DNA of 64,000 nucleotides from Pecten maximus (lineage: Eukaryota), in assembly GCF_902652985.1 (NCBI RefSeq), contig NC_047032.1:13950001-14014000 (forward strand). Reading direction: 5' to 3'. Position 1 is the first letter of the stretch. Each line of letters opens with the position of its first letter. The translations under genes were made by a program, and so were the position numbers. Below, one piece after another: positions 11,901-25,000 of the stretch. The notes under the pieces were generated by a model, which made no database searches, had not been told where the DNA came from, and saw only the letters and a program-made list of their open reading frames with translations.

Positions 11901-14900
11901 ATGGAGCTCCGGTCAGTTGTATCCATGATATTAATGGTGTGTGCTTCCTACTTGCACGTACGCTTGACCACTGCCACTGTGTCCGGAGTATACAGGGACA
12001 ATGGAGTGGACAGGACAGAACGGACGTCTGAATTCTCTAGTAGAGACAAACGGGAGATGCAGCACGAGATTTTGACTCTATTGGGACTTCACCATCGTCC
12101 CAAACCAGCTGGACATAGCACCACAGAATACTCTGCTCCGAGGTTCATGTTGAATTTATATAATTCCATCACATCGGATGGAGGTGTGATTAATGACGGG
12201 AATCGCCGCCAATTCGATCGAAACGTCACAATCGAGAATCAAGTCGAACCCATTGACGGTAGTGACGTCATCATGAGTTTTGTTAACCACGGTGAGTAAC
12301 GATGCCGTTTATTATAATATAGAAAAAATGCTTTTTAGAATATAGTGTTCTGATATATATATATTCAATGTATATATTGTACAAAATAGCATAACGATAG
12401 AAATAGATGAAGTTCTTAGTTCTTGGGACGATGAAAGTAACAATTGTGTTAAAGCTTCTGGAAGTTTTTTAGTATTATATTGATTCATCTTAACAGGTTT
12501 ATTTGCATTTCGTTTTCCAAACACGTGCATATTTTTTTCGATTTTTGAATACAATGTTCTTCGGAATAATCAATGTTCACTTATATACGATTGTATATAT
12601 ACCGTACATACTAGTTTGTATACAAATTGCTTAGAAATCGACCACATTTATCTTTTGTATAGTGTTTCTACAAAGTTTCCAGAACAAAATATCTGTTTAA
12701 CCAATGTAGGCCATGCATCCGAGAACGATTTTGTTGTGCAAGTATATGTACAACTAATCTCTGATATACAAATATCTTATATATAAATTGGCTATGTTTA
12801 CAACGGTCTGCGCATATTTTTTTTTAGATATGCAACTATTTTATTAACAAAATTCTAAAAAAAACATGTTTTGGAAACAAAAGATTTCCAAGTAAACAAA
12901 ACTCTTTGGATACATATTTCTTGAACGTATGAATGCTCATGTCTACAAATTTCTTGAAATTACATCATCCAATTGAAAGCGGAGTACCCCTTTTCGGACA
13001 TTTCTTAGACAAATATAAAAATATCGCTATTTTTACAATTTTTTACTTTGTATATATACATGTTTATTTGATAGATATGCAAATCACCGCATACTCAACT
13101 TCCCTGGTTTTGTATACATATTTCTCATTGATGTACATGTATACATGTCTTGTAATGTCATATGTAACACAATTCTTGGACGTACAATTGAATATATATT
13201 CTAAGTAAGCATTATAAATAAACTATCTTCTTTAAATACAAATTTCAAAGATATTTTGAAGTTCAGAATTTATTCCTTTTGCTGTTTCAATTTACCCGCT
13301 GTATGTTCAATATAGTTGTATAAAGAAATCACTTTCTTTAGGACATGAAACTGTCTTCATACATTTTTCTTAGATACAAGTACAACAATAATTTGTAAAC
13401 GGTTTTTCTTAGATAAGATATTTATCCTTTGTATACAGTTTTCTTCGCTTCATTTCACAGATATAAATCTACTTTTGTATACAAATTTCTTTAAAAAACC
13501 AACCTTGTCTTGTATACATTTTCGTAAATATATCTATATTTGTAACGAAATTCTTGAATACAATATTCTTTAAAAACTGTTTTGATATGTACTGTACTTA
13601 ATTTGACCGTTTGTGGATATAATTATGGAAATATTTCTGCCCAGTATCATTAAAATTTCTGTTTTTCCTTTTTGTCTACGGAAAACTTTTAGCAAATTAC
13701 ATTTCCTGAAATGATTTTGTTTTTACAATATTGCCATAATTAAAACATCTTTCAGCGGCTAGCCCGGTGTCTGAAACAATCAATTTCAAGCGTGAATGCA
13801 TTAATGTCCAGGTACATGTGCCTTCCACATAAAATTTGACATAAACCAGTCGGCATTTAATGACGATAGTTATGACAGATTACCCTGTCGTGGGCCCCCG
13901 GCGAATTTTTCATTGATCATCCAGGGTCGTGTACCTACGATGGGTAAAATGTTTACCATTGTGCTTTGTGTTCAAGTTTAAAACTTTGTGATTTAGTGAT
14001 AATCTACGCCGATTACACGGCCGCGAGGCCAGGTGTTGTAGCAATAGACCAAACACAGGTGTAGAGATGGCTTATTTCGTACATACAGTGTAGATGTTGA
14101 CGTTGTCAGCTTTACAATGCAAATGTATATTAGCCTGCTTTTCTCAACAGGCATGGTTAGCTTAACCACGGACTGAAATTACACAGATCCATCTTTCCCC
14201 ATGAGAGTCCGTTAATTTCCATATTAGTTCATTAACAGTTTTTATACAAAGGCTGATTTGATTTGTGACTGTATTACGGTACAGCTATATGTCATCGACT
14301 GTTGGATTTATTTAGACCCAAACGTTTCTAGTACAGGTCCCTCGCAAAAAGAAACGCGCATCGGTCAATAAATTAAATTCTAAATTGTAATGCAACAATG
14401 TCATGGTTAGGTTTTTGTCGCGCGCGGCGACAAAAAGTCACGAAAGCGAGGCTATCATGTTACTTGTTCGTCGTCGTCGGCTTTTTTCGTCGTCAATGTT
14501 AGATATTTACTTTAAAAAATTTGTAGTATGGATATTACGTGAATTGCATTTTATTTACATATTTTGTGTGTGTGTGTAATATTTTGAGAAATCAAGACAT
14601 GCATAACATCTCTTACTTTTTCATCAATTGAATTACAAATTAGATATAACAAATTAAAATAAGTTTTGTTTTGATAACTTATATTACGTGTTCGTTTTTT
14701 AATTCTTAAATTTGCTAAAATTACTATCGACGTCTATGACCACGGAGGGCGGTCCTGTGATGTGGCAAATCTTTATGTGCTACATTGTAGATCATGTTAA
14801 GAACGAGAATCTACGAAAGCTCCTATTTGATCCGAGCGAGGACCCTTTCCCCCTATCTCAATGTTGTATCCATGTTCCTATACTCTACACTATACCTATG

Positions 14901-16033
14901 TCGAGATAAGACCCTTACGTTACCATCCATCATTGTAGTTAATCCAGATATAAATCGGTTGTATTTTTTGTAAAGAAAATTATCTTCGAATAATCTTACG
15001 TTTTCTTGTAAACTTTCTCGGCAATATCAAAGTCTTAATAACTTCAAAGGGATCAAAAATAATTTCGTTTCGTCTCTTTCTGGGAATTAGATCATGCTTG
15101 AGGGTGTTTGGAAAGTTCAGAACATTTCAAATCGCACATGGCTTAAAAAGGTTACTTTGTTTGTGATAAGACAAAATAATAAACACTTTGTATAATGGTA
15201 AACCTTGTTCAAAATAATTTAAAACGATTGGCATGTTGAACCATTTTAACACGAATTCTTATGTCATAAATATAGTTTAGGTACGTGACATTACAGTTTT
15301 CTAAAAAAAAATATCATAATTTTCTTTCCGTAATTATATTAAAGAAACCACGCGCTATTGAAAATTTACAAAAAGTCAGATCACATTTAAAGTATAAATT
15401 TATAAGTTATAATTTATGCGGATGATTGAATATTGATTTATACCATACAGCTGTTATTCATTCCAGGATTCGTCATTGATGTTAGAGGCCAAAAGCGTAG
15501 AAATCATAAAGAGAGAGAGAGAGAGAGAGAAAAAAAATGAAAACTGACCGATCGTTAACATAGTCAAACTTCCTTATATCGAATCCCGATAATTCAAAGA
15601 TCCCCCATACTCAGTATATCTCGATTTGCATGGATAAGCACACACCCACGTCGGCATCGACGTCGAGTTAGCAAGTGTGGTACTCTGCTTCATATTTCAA
15701 TCGTATTCACATTTCGGAGGTATTTGTTTATTTGAGTATTTGGTAGTGTCGCCATTAATAACATATATTTTACAGGTAGTTAACAAATACCTGATATCAA
15801 GGGTGAATACATTTATCATGGCAGATATTCTTAAATATTCTGTTTCTGATGTTTTTATAACTTGACAATTTATGAAATTATAAAATTTGACAAAGTATCA
15901 TTTAACTGATGATGGGTGAAGTATCAAGCGTCCTGATTGGTCATCTGGATACAGTCATTTTGTGTCCTGCATTTTCATTGGTGGTTTACCTTGAAATATT
16001 AATTTTCACTTTGCTATTTCACGAAATACCAGA

Positions 16034-16072
<39 letters not shown>

Positions 16073-19000
16073 TCCTTTCTTAGTACACGGACCATGCAGA
16101 ATTCTTGTCCGAAACCGCGAGTAGTGGCGTTAAAACAAAACGTGAACTATTTTTGTACCGTTAGTTTTTAAGGCAAAGTAAGGTTATAAACTTGGTCGGT
16201 TTTCGTCTTCCCTCCGCCAACTTTTCTTTTTAAACCATAAACTCATAACTACTGTGTCTGGATTTGGACTTAATTTCGTCGGCAGTGGGATTGTTGAGAC
16301 AAGGGTACTCTATATTATATGAAATAAATAAGATGTTGCTCATTGTTGCTTTGTCAATATGATAAAGGGAGGATTTTTATGGCCATTCTACTCCAGTACA
16401 ACATTTTCAAGAGTTTAACCTTCAATTGTTTTGGAGTAAAGGAACAAACTGTGCATTAAGCATGGCTTGCCCCTTCTTTTAGGTAAAGAAGGAGTCGAAT
16501 TGGAAAGATGTCTACCAAAATATTTCCTCCATTTCGTAAACTTCACCTTTGTAGTCTGTATTTCCCCAGCTCGTCCATAAGACTGAGATCGCACAGTCAT
16601 AACAATCTTATTTGCCAAGTGTTGAAACCGTTTTGCTGTGAGCCATTAGACCCTACGTGCGCAGGGCTTGTCGGAAATTGACGTAAATTGGGGTTTAATA
16701 CATGGGGTCTGCACGTTCGTACCGGGGTCGACCTTTTAACTTTTTTTTTGCCAGGGAGGTTATTTTCGGTAGTAGTCATCATTAAAAACACTCGTTACAG
16801 AGAGTAACTCCGCTTGTACGAAGAGGAGGCGGTGAATTATAAAGCGTATCACGTTTCCAAATTGAAGGATGAACACGTGCAGACGTTCTTGAAACTTTTA
16901 AGTGCTCATGTTTATTACTTGTAAATGTGTGTCTGCGGATTTAGGTGGTTTTGTCGATGTTTACAATTCATAGCTCGGTATTTAGTCGAGTTGTTTGGAC
17001 CCTCGTGCAGGTTCACACACTTTAGCGTGCTAATGCTACATACCGTCTTACAAGTGTTCTATGGATAAATTGGAGAGTTACGTCCCTTGCCAATTCAACG
17101 AGATAATTGCGTTTCGTATGTAATATATAACCATTTATTATTAACGGATGTGTTTGATATACCGCTGATAGGATCTTAAATGTAAATATGATGATGTAAA
17201 TGTATCGGAAATGGGATGATAACTTCCAGGACTTATGTTGCCGGTCATGCTAATTTGGTAGTACTCGGAACATTCTTATGTTTTCATTCAACATGTCAAG
17301 TACCACCAGAGAGTTCCGAGTCATAATGGTAATTTACATGTTGTGATTAGGGTACATGTTTTATAATTTGAGACTTGGTACTAGATCCGACATATCGTTA
17401 CAGAAAATATTCATTACATGAAAAACCTCGCTCTAGCCCCAGTTTCATCTGGCCCTGACACCATGTCTGGTGTAGGGCCCATACACCAAGCATGGTGTCG
17501 GGGCCAGAGGAAACTCGGGCTAACCTCGATCGTGGTCCGTCATCCGCCCTTTAAGACAAATCATGTAATCATCTCTTCCTTAGAAGTATGCCGGTGTAAA
17601 TGAATGGGTCGGTGTGGCTTGAACATAGTGTTAAAAATACGGTCTCTGTTTGGCTCAGGAGATAGAGCCGTGGTTTATCACGCCGGAGACCCGGGTTCGA
17701 TGGCTGTCGGGGCACTCGACAGGAATGTGTTTTGCCCTGTTTTTTCACACTGGAATTAGGAATCTTTCTAAAATTCAGAATGCAGTCCCTTAATTGTTTG
17801 TCGTTTATTATATATATATTCCACAGTAATTAGTTGCATTTTTCGCAACTTTGAGGCTAATCAGAAATACAAACTTGTCAACTATAGTGGTCACATGTGA
17901 TTTTTACAGTTGAAATTTGTTACAGCTATTTCTTGAAAACCACTCGCTGGCCTTGAGGAAATTTCATATGTAGGCTCCCTTCGGTCCCTTATCGTGTCTG
18001 GTCAATTCAGTTTTCCTCAATTTATAAATTTAGGCGCTGTTTTATTAATTTATAAGATGAAATATTTGTTTTATTCACGTGAAAGCAAACAAAAGTGATT
18101 GTTTATTTATTTGTGATGGACACTTCCTCCTTCTTCAAATTAAATGATTGCTTCATGATTACGTCAACGTATTGTCGCGTTACCTATAAGGTAAATAAAA
18201 CGCGGTAAACGCTTTACGAGATAAGTAATAAATATTATATTATTCTTGATCAGTAAAAAAAAGAATTAGATAAAGTCAATTGAATATCATTATTTTCAGA
18301 GTGACTTGACTTCTGAGTGATCTCAATGCTGTTTTCTCCTTTTTTCCAGCTAAAAAGATAAAATATCTACGTCGCCAGAAAGACCGGACATTTTATTTTG
18401 ACTTTCGTGAGGTCACACAGAAGGAATCCGTCGTTAGAGCTGAACTACGCCTTTACAAGGAGCGGGCCGGCAAGTGGAAGAAACACAACTTCCAAGTTCA
18501 AATCTACATGATCCGACAGGGCAATGACCCCGAGTATGTACATAATGGATATTTGTATATTTTGTATATGTAGCTAGCCCGAGTTTCCTCTGGCCCTGTC
18601 ACCATGTACCAGACATGGTGTCAGGGCTAGAGGAAACTCGGGGTGATATGTTTCTAAATTCATTTGTTAATCTCAAGGGACCTGGTTCAGAAACCAAATA
18701 ATTGTTGGTCGGGTCTTTCTGCACTTCAGTAACCTATGATGTGGCGTCACGTTAAAGTTACATGTGCCAGTCATTTACCTTTGGCGTTTTTATCAAAAGT
18801 TGTCGTTCCTTAGGAAGGGACGATAACTCTGGGTAAAGGTTGGGATTTATAGTTTTAAACCGAACTGAAATCTGGTAACCAAAGGAAAGCACGATCTATT
18901 CATGAAAGTTTTTACCTTACAACACCTCCAGCAACTCCTTTAGATTAACAAAGAGTCTTGAACATCCTAACGTTCCCAGTAGTTTCCTGGTAATAAGGGC

Positions 19001-22000
19001 CCAACTCAATATTTGCGAAAGGAATTAATATCGGCAAATACTTATATAGCCACAGGAAACAATGGGTTATAAATTGAGTTAAAAGGGCTAGAGTCAATTA
19101 TATGGATAAGCCTACCTAATACATTGGCTGCTACAAAGATTGTGAAAATGAATTACATTGACCTACAGAATATATTCAAGGTCAGTTGTTTGTTGAAATG
19201 TATCAAAGCACTTTAGTATAATTCTGTGTGTAAATCATTAAATACCTAGAATTTTTCTGGATTGCCAAAGACTTGCTGAAACAAAGTGCTAAGGTTTGCG
19301 GGGACAAACGTGTCATATGTCGATTTCGGATCACTTCAAGATAAGTCAGTAGATGTACATTATATTGTTTAACAAGTACCTTGCTTTATCGATCTACAAT
19401 ATTGTTCATTAAAATTACCTATTAGTGTGGTCATGACTGTCACATGTAATAATAAACGTCCTACTGTTTAAACTTTGAAGGTTACGGGAGTGCCGAGTTG
19501 AGATTTTCGATAAGTGCTCCACAAGTTGAACAGAAGGGATATTTACGTAATTTAGTAATATTGGCATTTAAGATATTGACGCTTGTTTAAATTAGAATTC
19601 ATTTTATTCTCTTTACACATTCTGGCATGATGTATAGAGAAAAACATATTTACAATATAATATATACAATTAAAGTAGTGTTCGTAGTTGATACACGGCA
19701 CTGTTTCACAACAAATTATTTTCATATTTATCAAGAAGGATAGATCATGATAAAAATACACATTTTAATTAGTTTTTTAACATTAGTTATATTCATTAGT
19801 TCGTTAAACTTAATAATATTTGGTCTTGACCAATAGTATTTATCTATATATAAAGTTCTGTTAGCAGATAACGCTGTACATTCAAGTAAATAATGAAATT
19901 CATCACAAATTTGTTGACTATTGCAATGTGGACATTTTCTTTCCTTCTACTCAATCTGGTGCCATCTGCCAGTTTCATCAATAAATTTATGATTAGTTGT
20001 GCGAAATTTACAAAAAATGACAATCTTTTTCAGGTGAAATATCTATATAATTTTCAAAATTATAGTTATCCTTAAAAAATCTATAACATATAGCCTTTGA
20101 TGAATTGAAGAAACTGTGATTTTGACTGTTTTCAAATGTCATATACAGTACTAAAGAAATCCATCGATGAGGAAAAAAGGCCAGTAGGATTTTAGTACCT
20201 GAAAATGTTAACACAAATTCCTCATTTTTTTATGCACTTACTTGCACGTTATTTTGCAAATTAAATTTCAATCGCTTCTTCATGGAATATTCAAACCAAT
20301 TCAGTTTGGAAAAAAAGATTTCCCTCCGTAACGTTTAAATCTTGCAGGTATGCGGTTCGCGAAAAAAGACCACGCGAAAATTAAATTTCTTACAGTAAAG
20401 TGTTACTCAGGAACAGTGCTTCAGAGTTGCATTTCTTAAATACATGTACACTGTAGTTAATATGTAACCCTGGTAAATACTAGCCGCAATATACCGCTCG
20501 GCTAGGGAGATCTTCTCTTTAACTCGATCGGTTGAGCGTAAGACTAGTAAGCCAGAGGTCCCGGGTTCAATCCCTAGCAGAGGCAGTGATTTAAATTAAA
20601 TTAATCCTGCGCTCTGTTACATTGGCGCCCATGTAGGGACTCGGGAATGATACTCATCGCTGCTTGCAAAAGCATCGCTGTTACCCCTGGGAAACTCGAG
20701 GACGACTTCTTCCCTGGAGGGGGAGTATGTAACCCTTGTAAATACTAGCCGCAATATACCGCTCGGCTAGGGAGATCTTCTCTTAAGCTCGATCGGTTGA
20801 GCGTAAGACTAGTAAGTCAGAGGTCCCGGGTTCGATCCCTAGCAGAGGCAGTGATTTAAATTTAATCCTGCGCTCTATTACAAATATATACAAAAAAGGT
20901 TGACAGACATGTCCATGTATGTACCTTTTCGAGAAAAGAGAGAGATATGAATCTATAAGTGTTGACATGGCCTCGTTAGCCCAGGTGTGGAGTTATTTTA
21001 TCTACCGCAGTCATTTTGAGATCCTATTTTGTCACTTACAAATTCTCTGCGGGGTTGTAAGTGGCTGATATTTCGATATGATAATGACAGTTAATTTAGA
21101 AGATGATTACATAAATGCAATTATTTATACAGCAGTTTTGTCCACGCCCAATTAGTCATACAAAGTCTCTCTGGTCTTTTTAGTAAAACTGGGTCTAAGT
21201 TTGGGGTCGATTTTCAAACATCATTATGTTATGCTGTCAATCACAGGTTTCAAACGGTGTGTAAGATTAAGTGTACTGTGGAATATATATCTTATCAATC
21301 ACGTATCAAAAAAGAATACATTTATTTGAATAATTTACAGTGGCATTTTGTCGTGTTATATGAAAACTTTTAAATGAAATTATCATGTTAACTTATTTAA
21401 TAGAATAAATGGATACAGATCTATACATAGGTATAATATAGCACGAAAAAAACCCCAATTTTTTGTTGTTGTTTTTGTTTGTTGAACCTCGAGGAACCTC
21501 CCGTAATGCTGTTAATTTAGGTGGTCACCAACTACTACAAGATACCCCTCAAAATGACACTGACTGTTCACGGGGCCGATAAACTCAGCAAACAAGCATA
21601 CTTAGTTACCGATAGTCGCACCCGTTCCTACATACTATCAGTATGTTCACATAAACACAAAAATAAATATGTACTCGCGAAATTCATAGAACAAATAATA
21701 AAATACATTTAACGATTATATCGGTTGCTTAGTTACGGAGGCCTGTCCTCTGCACGCAAACACAGTTTTGAAAAAAACAAAAAACAACCTAAAGGTACCT
21801 TCCAATTTGAAGGGATTTACCGTACCTGTAAATGTCATATTGATTGCTCGTCTGTTTTACCTGCCGCCTAATGACAATGTTTGTACCTGTGTTACCTGTC
21901 TCGCTAACTGATGTTTCCTTGTCATTTCAGGAACTACGAGATAGTGACGGAGAGCAACCTCACAGTGAAGGCTAACTACCAAGGCTGGTTGACCTTTAAC

Positions 22001-25000
22001 CTTACAAACGCAGCCTCGCTCTGGACATCATCGTCTGCCCCGAACATGGGCCTGTTTATGAAAATTATATTCCTGAAAAAAAGTGAGTGGCGATATAGAG
22101 AATTATTTTTGTCCATGGCCCAGGGGTTTGACACGAATTTCCAACCCACGGTCCATGTATATATGTATTAGATATCTTAATGCATGTATACATATGGACC
22201 GTTCCCAATAGTCCATGTGGTTGCCATGATGATTGATTGATAAAACCAATGTGAATGGTGTATGTGACATTTTCTTCTCACCTGGAGAGGTGCATTAACA
22301 ACTTTTTTTTAAAAATCTAATGTCGTTAAGTATATAACTAGTACAGTAAATATTAGGTGTCCGGTGAAGCAGTCGTGGCTTTAAAAATGTTACTATTTAT
22401 AAATAACATCCATGTCAGTCTCTCAATGAATTTATTCCTGAACAGGTTTTCGGATTTTGAAACGTCATACCCCAGTCACGATTGACTGCTTCCTTGTGCC
22501 TCGTTTCTTACTTTGACGTTTCTGCAGAGTATTGCGCTTTTACATGTACAATGTACCACTTTGTTCGTCGTTATTAGGAAGGGTCATCGAAATTTGAACT
22601 TGCCCAAATAAAAATGGCCAGTTCCCGTTTTGGCTTGTTTGATCACGATCTAGCCACGTTTTATTCACTTTCTGCTACGTTTTGTCAACGTACCTAAATA
22701 TGGCGACCAAATTGCGAAACGGATTCAGATATCTTATAAGGGCTTAAATCATAACATATTCAAGTAGGATGTAAGCCAAACCGGACATCAAATCAAATTT
22801 TGGATTAGGATCAAGTTCAATGTCGTTTTAAAATTGAAATAAATTGAAATTATTCAACCCGGGATTGAAAGGTGTACAGGAACAAAGGACAGTGATGATA
22901 ATGATAGTAAAATGTTTATGTGTTTGCTTGGCTATCAACATAACTCCCCATAAATAGTTTTTAGGGAATAATCACAATGCTGGAGAAATTACATTATTTG
23001 TTTCTGAAGGCGTGTTATCGGCTGTCAACTTTGTCAGTTAGCAATTTATGGACGATCATTCTCTGGATATTAAGATTGTTTTGTCAACTTTATTTGAACG
23101 GTTCTGTTTTGAAGGAAATAAACAAAACAAATCTATTTACATGGCGTTTAGAATGTTTCAGAAATACCTCATTTATCAGTTTTTCATGTCAAAAAATCAT
23201 GGTAGCAGGTACATCCTTTCTTTTGTAAAACAGGTGTATCTGAAAGACAATAAATTATTTGATCAAGGAAGTTGCCATCTTATCTTTACCAGGAAACTGC
23301 AGTTATTGATGTAATAAATCACATCATACTTGTACAAAATGTATACATGTATATCGAAACCTGACACGTACATGTAACTTACGATTTACTTCGACCTATA
23401 GAAAATATAAACATTACAGTCCTACAATAACACCTATTTAGACAATAAGCATTATCTTTATTCCCGATATATGTAGAAGTAGTATACTACTTACGTCGAA
23501 CTAACGAGATACTGCAGTAGCTTCCTACTGACTCAGCTAGGACGAATTTCTTTTACTCAGTCTCGGTAGAGTGCTAGTCTAGGTAGCAAGGGATACTGGG
23601 TTCGATCCCTAGCAGAGGTTACTCAGTCTCGGTAGAATGTTAGTCTAGTAAGCCAGGGGTACCGAGTTCGATCCCTATCAGAGGTTACTCAGTCTCGGTA
23701 GAGTGTTAGTCTAGTAAGCCAGGGGTACCTAGTTCGATCCCTATCAGAGGTTACTCAGTCTCGGCAGAGTGTTAGTCTAGTAAGCCAGGGGTACCTGGTT
23801 CTATCCCTAGCAGAGGTTACTCAGCCTCGGTAGAGTGTTAGTCTAGTGAGCCAGGGGTACCTGGTTCGATCCCGAGCAGAGGTTACTCAGTCTCGGTAGA
23901 GTGTTAGTCTAGTGAGCCAGGGGTACTGGGTTCGATCCCGAGCAGCGGCATTGTTATCCCCAGTAATTACAATGTACATTTTTGTACCTCTATTACTCAT
24001 ATTATATATATACATTATTGTATTTTTCCTGATGTGTAAAGGGAAATGACCAAACTGTAGATAATAATATAAAATTCAACAATCAATACTAAAGTGTCAA
24101 CAAAGAAATAATTTTCAACCAATATCAATAGACGAGGGAAAATATGAACTTGTTGACGTCAACTTTGTCTTCTGATAATCTGCAGCTTATAATAGAGTAT
24201 AGCGTATTCATTAACGGTCTGGGGAATTGAGGAGAGTGGGCCTGTGAAGGTCTTGCTATCTGCCTAGATGAAACTGTGGAATTCTAGTGAAGTAATTTTT
24301 CATTACATGTTGTGTTGCTTTAACTTCAGTACTGTTTGCAGTTTCAATGTGCAATAAAAATAGTTGAGAATGCCAAATCGTACCCTGAGCTTAAGGCCAG
24401 ATGGTCCGGAAAGATAAACGCCTTTTGCATGTCGACAATGACACGTTCTCGAAACGAGAGACATGGTAGTCATCATCACGCCGACATTATGACTTTAAAA
24501 CTTTTATTTTGTTTTTCAGACCGTGATGTTAAACCGGAAAAATTTGGAATAGTGGGTCGAAAAGGACCGGAATATAAACAACCATTTATGGTCGGGTACT
24601 TCCGGTCAACACCGGAACTCCATGTCCGGAAGACGCGAGCAGCGGTTAGACGCAGAATGAAGGAAGCTGCTTATTCCACTGACGACGAGGAAGAGGAATA
24701 TTCTTACACCCGGGCGCTACGTAGTAAGTAGTTTGTAGCGATTACGAGTGCTTTGTTTAATTTCTCTCGGTGAAGTTTTTGTTTTTTCTGTAATAGTGAC
24801 ATCCATGTTCCAGTTTCATTTATTTATTAACTAATATATTGATTCTTAGAGCGGCTTAAGATTTTCCTAAACTTTCCTTCTTAATCTCTACATGTCCTTA
24901 ACAGTAACTGAGGAGTCGTAGAAGGACGAACTAGCTGTATGATGTTGATTCAATATATTAGTCGGCATAAATTACTGTAGCTACAATGAATTCGACTTTG

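Noticed and set aside
15909-16124. Poly-proline ORF
   Set aside because: Caused by a poly-C homopolymer in an intron.
16380-16800. Coding-like minus-strand ORFs in BMP intron 1
   Set aside because: No recognisable domain or splice context; probably a decayed repeat.
20510-20585. Functional tRNA genes at 20510-20585, 20775-20850 and 23553-23948
   Set aside because: A/B boxes are present but acceptor and anticodon stems pair poorly and there is no oligo-T terminator; they are parts of LTR-like elements.
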